Notes under the pieces: model-generated
The model's database searches: none
The model's input: the letters and a program-made list of their open reading frames with translations, nothing else
Told to the model about the DNA's origin: nothing
Assembly (NCBI GenBank): GCA_964016885.1
Contig: OZ024740.1
Location: 277,202,001 to 277,266,000 of the forward strand
DNA from: Eledone cirrhosa
Lineage: Eukaryota
Length of the DNA: 64,000 nt
Direction: 5' to 3'
Part shown: positions 61,901 through 64,000 of the stretch, one piece after another
Layout: each line of letters begins with the position of its first letter
Position numbering within the stretch: the stretch's first letter is position 1
Made by a program: the position numbers and the translations under genes

Positions 61901-63262
61901 GTGGGCCAGTTGCAAACTATCGCTGATAGGTCGGGCGGAGGTGGCGAACACCTACATAGCGTCCGTCATCTACTACCGCCTGACCGTAGTGCCCTGCCCA
62001 AGGGAAACCCTCACCAAGATGGAGCGCGCGCTCTTCCAATTCCTTTGGAAGAGGCGGGCTCCTATGGTGAGGAGATCCATCTGCTGTCAACACCCTTCGA
62101 AAGGAGGGCTGGGGATGCCGTGGCTAATGATGCGTAAACACGCATTAAGGCTACGGCACCTCTACGTATTCCTCACCGGACAACCGGTGTGGGCCTCGTT
62201 TGTGAGACGAACCTTTCCCAGACTCGTCTCACTCACCGAGCTGCAATCCTGGGTCAAGCAAAGACCGAGAAAACTGGGCGCCTGGCACACTGAGTGTGCC
62301 CAGGCGCTCACCGCCCTCTGGCAGGCGGATCCGGTTATCAGTGGAGACTCCACCGCAACATTCTATAGAGGGCTGGTACGCAGCAGGTGCGACGACGCCC
62401 TCGGAGAAGCCCTAGACATGGAGGAGGACGAACTGGCCAGCCTGTTCGGTAGGACATTCAGCCCGGCACCTATGGACAACTTCGAGAAGTCCCTGGCCTG
62501 GCAGTGCTACCGAGGGGCTTTACCCGTTCGAGAAAGGCTCTACAGACACGGGCGCCCGGGTAGGGACCCCGCCAAAAAGATCTGTCCCAGATGCGTGTGC
62601 GACGAGGAAACCGTTGCACACGCATTGGTACACTGCTCGGGCGTAGCCGATCTGTGGGGCTATGTCGAACAACTGCTGTCAAGGGTGGGACCGATCCGGT
62701 TGACCACCGAGTCTATTGTAATGATCAAGCCGCCTCCCCCCTTCAAAGATGAAGCAGAGGCGGTGTTTCTGTGCGTAATAGCCATGGCGAAAGAGGTTGT
62801 ATGGTGGACGCGTCTGAAAGGACTGAGGTCAGGCACCTTTCTCTCTGGCCAACAACTGGTCCGTTTCTTCCGATATCATTTCGGAAGAAGGATCAGGATG
62901 GAGAGAGAGGTGCTGCACCCCAGCCGTTTCTATGAAAGATGGGTGAAAGTGGCGAGAATGGCCCGTGTGAATGGGCCTTCACTCTACATCAGACTATAGG
63001 TGAGGAAGATGAAAGACCAAGGGAGCACCCCTTCTCTGTGCTCCTGAGGAGAAGGGTTGCACACTTTTTTCGGGGGTGTGTGCGACCCCCCAAGGCGCCT
63101 CCTCTCTATTGAGGATTTTGTTAAAAATTTTATTTTTTGTTATATCTTATTTTATTTTTATATTTTGTTATTGCCTCCTCCTTATTGAGGACGCCTTTTT
63201 GTGTAAACTCCCCCCTTTGTACTTGTCCCACTTTTGATGCCCTAGTGGCAAATAAAAGAAAC
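58967..63262 (+). mobile_element. 5'-truncated Tx1-like LINE (T3) in (TATC)n
   Basis: ORF1 C-terminus (FKEDVGPP..MEIVQPDTRDAER*, frameshifted), intact ORF2, (TATC)n on both sides. Confidence 0.9.
59562..62999 (+). CDS. Tx1-like ORF2p (APE + RT + Zn finger), open frame; likely start is ATG 59562, not GTG 59538
   Basis: CLNARG, GDWN, SYLDRF, SDHK, RQGCPLS, AYADD, CPRC..H...C; caacATG context as in T1. Confidence 0.93.
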   Translation: MAMLRVGCLNARGLGSTWKQAMLLNDLRSQRIDVMVICEARISNVRQLAPTFDDFEMHASLCQPGGGGGVVVLLQKHLGLATQMVHFDPEGRLVVLDLGSGKGGAFRLVAAYDPFGSMRPDFFHRLETFLGTSRFLLLVGDWNGILDARWDYVGACPDREGCNSLKGLIGRFDLADRYRLDFPTAPTWTWANRSGSSRSYLDRFLVRIKDKDFLSCPKMRMVGYSDHKLVTCMVNLDRTHRQDPGYWKLNLSLPASRAYRNRISTLVKERLTGAIVNSRWWVSLKREIRVVSIEFSKVLAADRNRKERELIDRVEEAIRSGDVARVLAARTALSQFFDAKHESCVVRSKIRALGNEGTKAVSWARVTEANSGTKSTIRSLRDLDGRAILEPKQMCEAFQRHFARLFGRGGEPVGNVDFGPYLDGLPRLSDREAKSCEEPISAAEIEDVLSQCGKRKSPGLDGLPYELYLAMPDLFPDLLEAVYCNWQQNGRIPCTVTKGVVTLVRKDENKGDEISNFRPITLLNTELQILAKVLAKRLALVVGNLVGDAQTCAIPSRSIHDNLHLMRYIIERVGNEPGFGGALINLDQSKAFDRVDHGYLDAVLAAAGFGPVFRGWITAMHSSRICSRVKVNGYLSEPFKIARSIRQGCPLSSLLYVLTLDPLLRKLELLQGIPLEPGLRKAVSAYADDVTVMVSTASEIEAVGTLLEEYEKFTGAKLNRDKSIGLQLGTWRGRPMPSDGVVGRWTEGPVKLLGVWFGPDLQVEKNWAEVTNRVFALTQKWASCKLSLIGRAEVANTYIASVIYYRLTVVPCPRETLTKMERALFQFLWKRRAPMVRRSICCQHPSKGGLGMPWLMMRKHALRLRHLYVFLTGQPVWASFVRRTFPRLVSLTELQSWVKQRPRKLGAWHTECAQALTALWQADPVISGDSTATFYRGLVRSRCDDALGEALDMEEDELASLFGRTFSPAPMDNFEKSLAWQCYRGALPVRERLYRHGRPGRDPAKKICPRCVCDEETVAHALVHCSGVADLWGYVEQLLSRVGPIRLTTESIVMIKPPPPFKDEAEAVFLCVIAMAKEVVWWTRLKGLRSGTFLSGQQLVRFFRYHFGRRIRMEREVLHPSRFYERWVKVARMARVNGPSLYIRL

Positions 63263-63278
63263 ATATCTATCTATTTAT

Positions 63279-63318
<40 letters not shown>

Positions 63319-63364
63319 ATTTGGGAAAATCGACTAACTTTTAAATTCCATCTGTGATAACATT

Positions 63365-63443
63365 TTACACGTTTTTATTGTATGTAAACTTCCCCCTTTG
63401 TATTTGTCCCCTTCTTTTGTGCCCCTGTGGCTAATAAAGAAAT
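63365..63443 (+). mobile_element. Tx1-like 3'UTR tip
   Basis: tgtaaacttccccctttgtatttgtcccc...gcccctgtggctaataaagaa then (TATC)n. Confidence 0.7.
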
Positions 63444-63464
63444 ATATCTATCTATCTATATATC

Positions 63465-64000
63465 TTCGTGGTTGATAGACGTGCATTACTTCGCTCCGGA
63501 TTTTTACGGATTATTGTTAAAAAAAACTGTGAGTTCATTGTTCAATTTGTTAGTATTGTTTAGATTAACCCCTTGTCTGGGCCTTCAAACGTTGAGTTAA
63601 CTAATGTTCGCCCCTTTTTGGGGCGAAATTTTCATCTCAAAAATCTGTGTAGACTTGGTAGTCAATAATGGATCCCATTTCAACCTCGCACACTGTACTG
63701 AGTGCCACTCCCACTAAGAAAAGTGGTGGAGGGAAGGTAGGAGTACAAAGCTTGCAGCCTTCCCCCCTCGCCTTATCGAAAAACGTTGTAAATATTGCAA
63801 CCACGGAACCAAACCCGGTAAATAATACCAGCACCAACAAGAAGAATGACAATAACACCACAACCAACAACTGCAACAATAACAACACCAAGGAAAATAT
63901 GAACAACATCAACAACAGTGACAACAATAACAGCAACAAGAAAGACAACAACACCAAAACAACGTTCGCACAAACTGTAAAAAAAACAGATCTATACACG
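63465..64000 (+). mobile_element. 5' end of another Tx1-like LINE (T4), cut by the window end; ORF1 from ATG 63668
   Basis: MDPISTSH...N-rich tract...TTFAQTVKK parallels T1 and T2 ORF1; starts directly after (TATC)n. Confidence 0.75.

Noticed and set aside
53774-62682. Antisense ORFs over Tx1 ORF2s
   Set aside because: Shadow ORFs of GC-rich coding sequence

Overview
Animal (eukaryotic) DNA, AT-rich and very microsatellite-dense; the repeat content suggests a cephalopod such as Octopus (inference only). I found no convincing host gene: the window is essentially retroelements sorted by microsatellite type. (1) R4/Dong-like restriction-like-endonuclease (RLE) LINEs lie in (CATA)n on + (one intact 1169-aa ORF) and in (TAA)n on -. 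(2) Tx1/L1-type two-ORF LINEs lie in (TTA)n or (TATC)n, all on + (one fully intact, one with intact ORF2). (3) A 5'-truncated Penelope-like element (PLE) and about ten small non-coding elements carrying hammerhead-ribozyme cores lie in (TA)n. (4) There are also RTE fragments, a tRNA-derived Nin/Deu-domain SINE family and Tc1/mariner MITEs. Two observations stand out. First, Tx1 ORF2 is bracketed by a conserved GTAAGT donor at the ORF1 stop and a YAG acceptor at the ORF2 stop, so splicing would remove ORF2 exactly and re-terminate ORF1 at once. Second, a covarying bulged stem-loop is shared by five unrelated hammerhead/fold-back micro-elements. All structures were read by eye and need computational or experimental confirmation.
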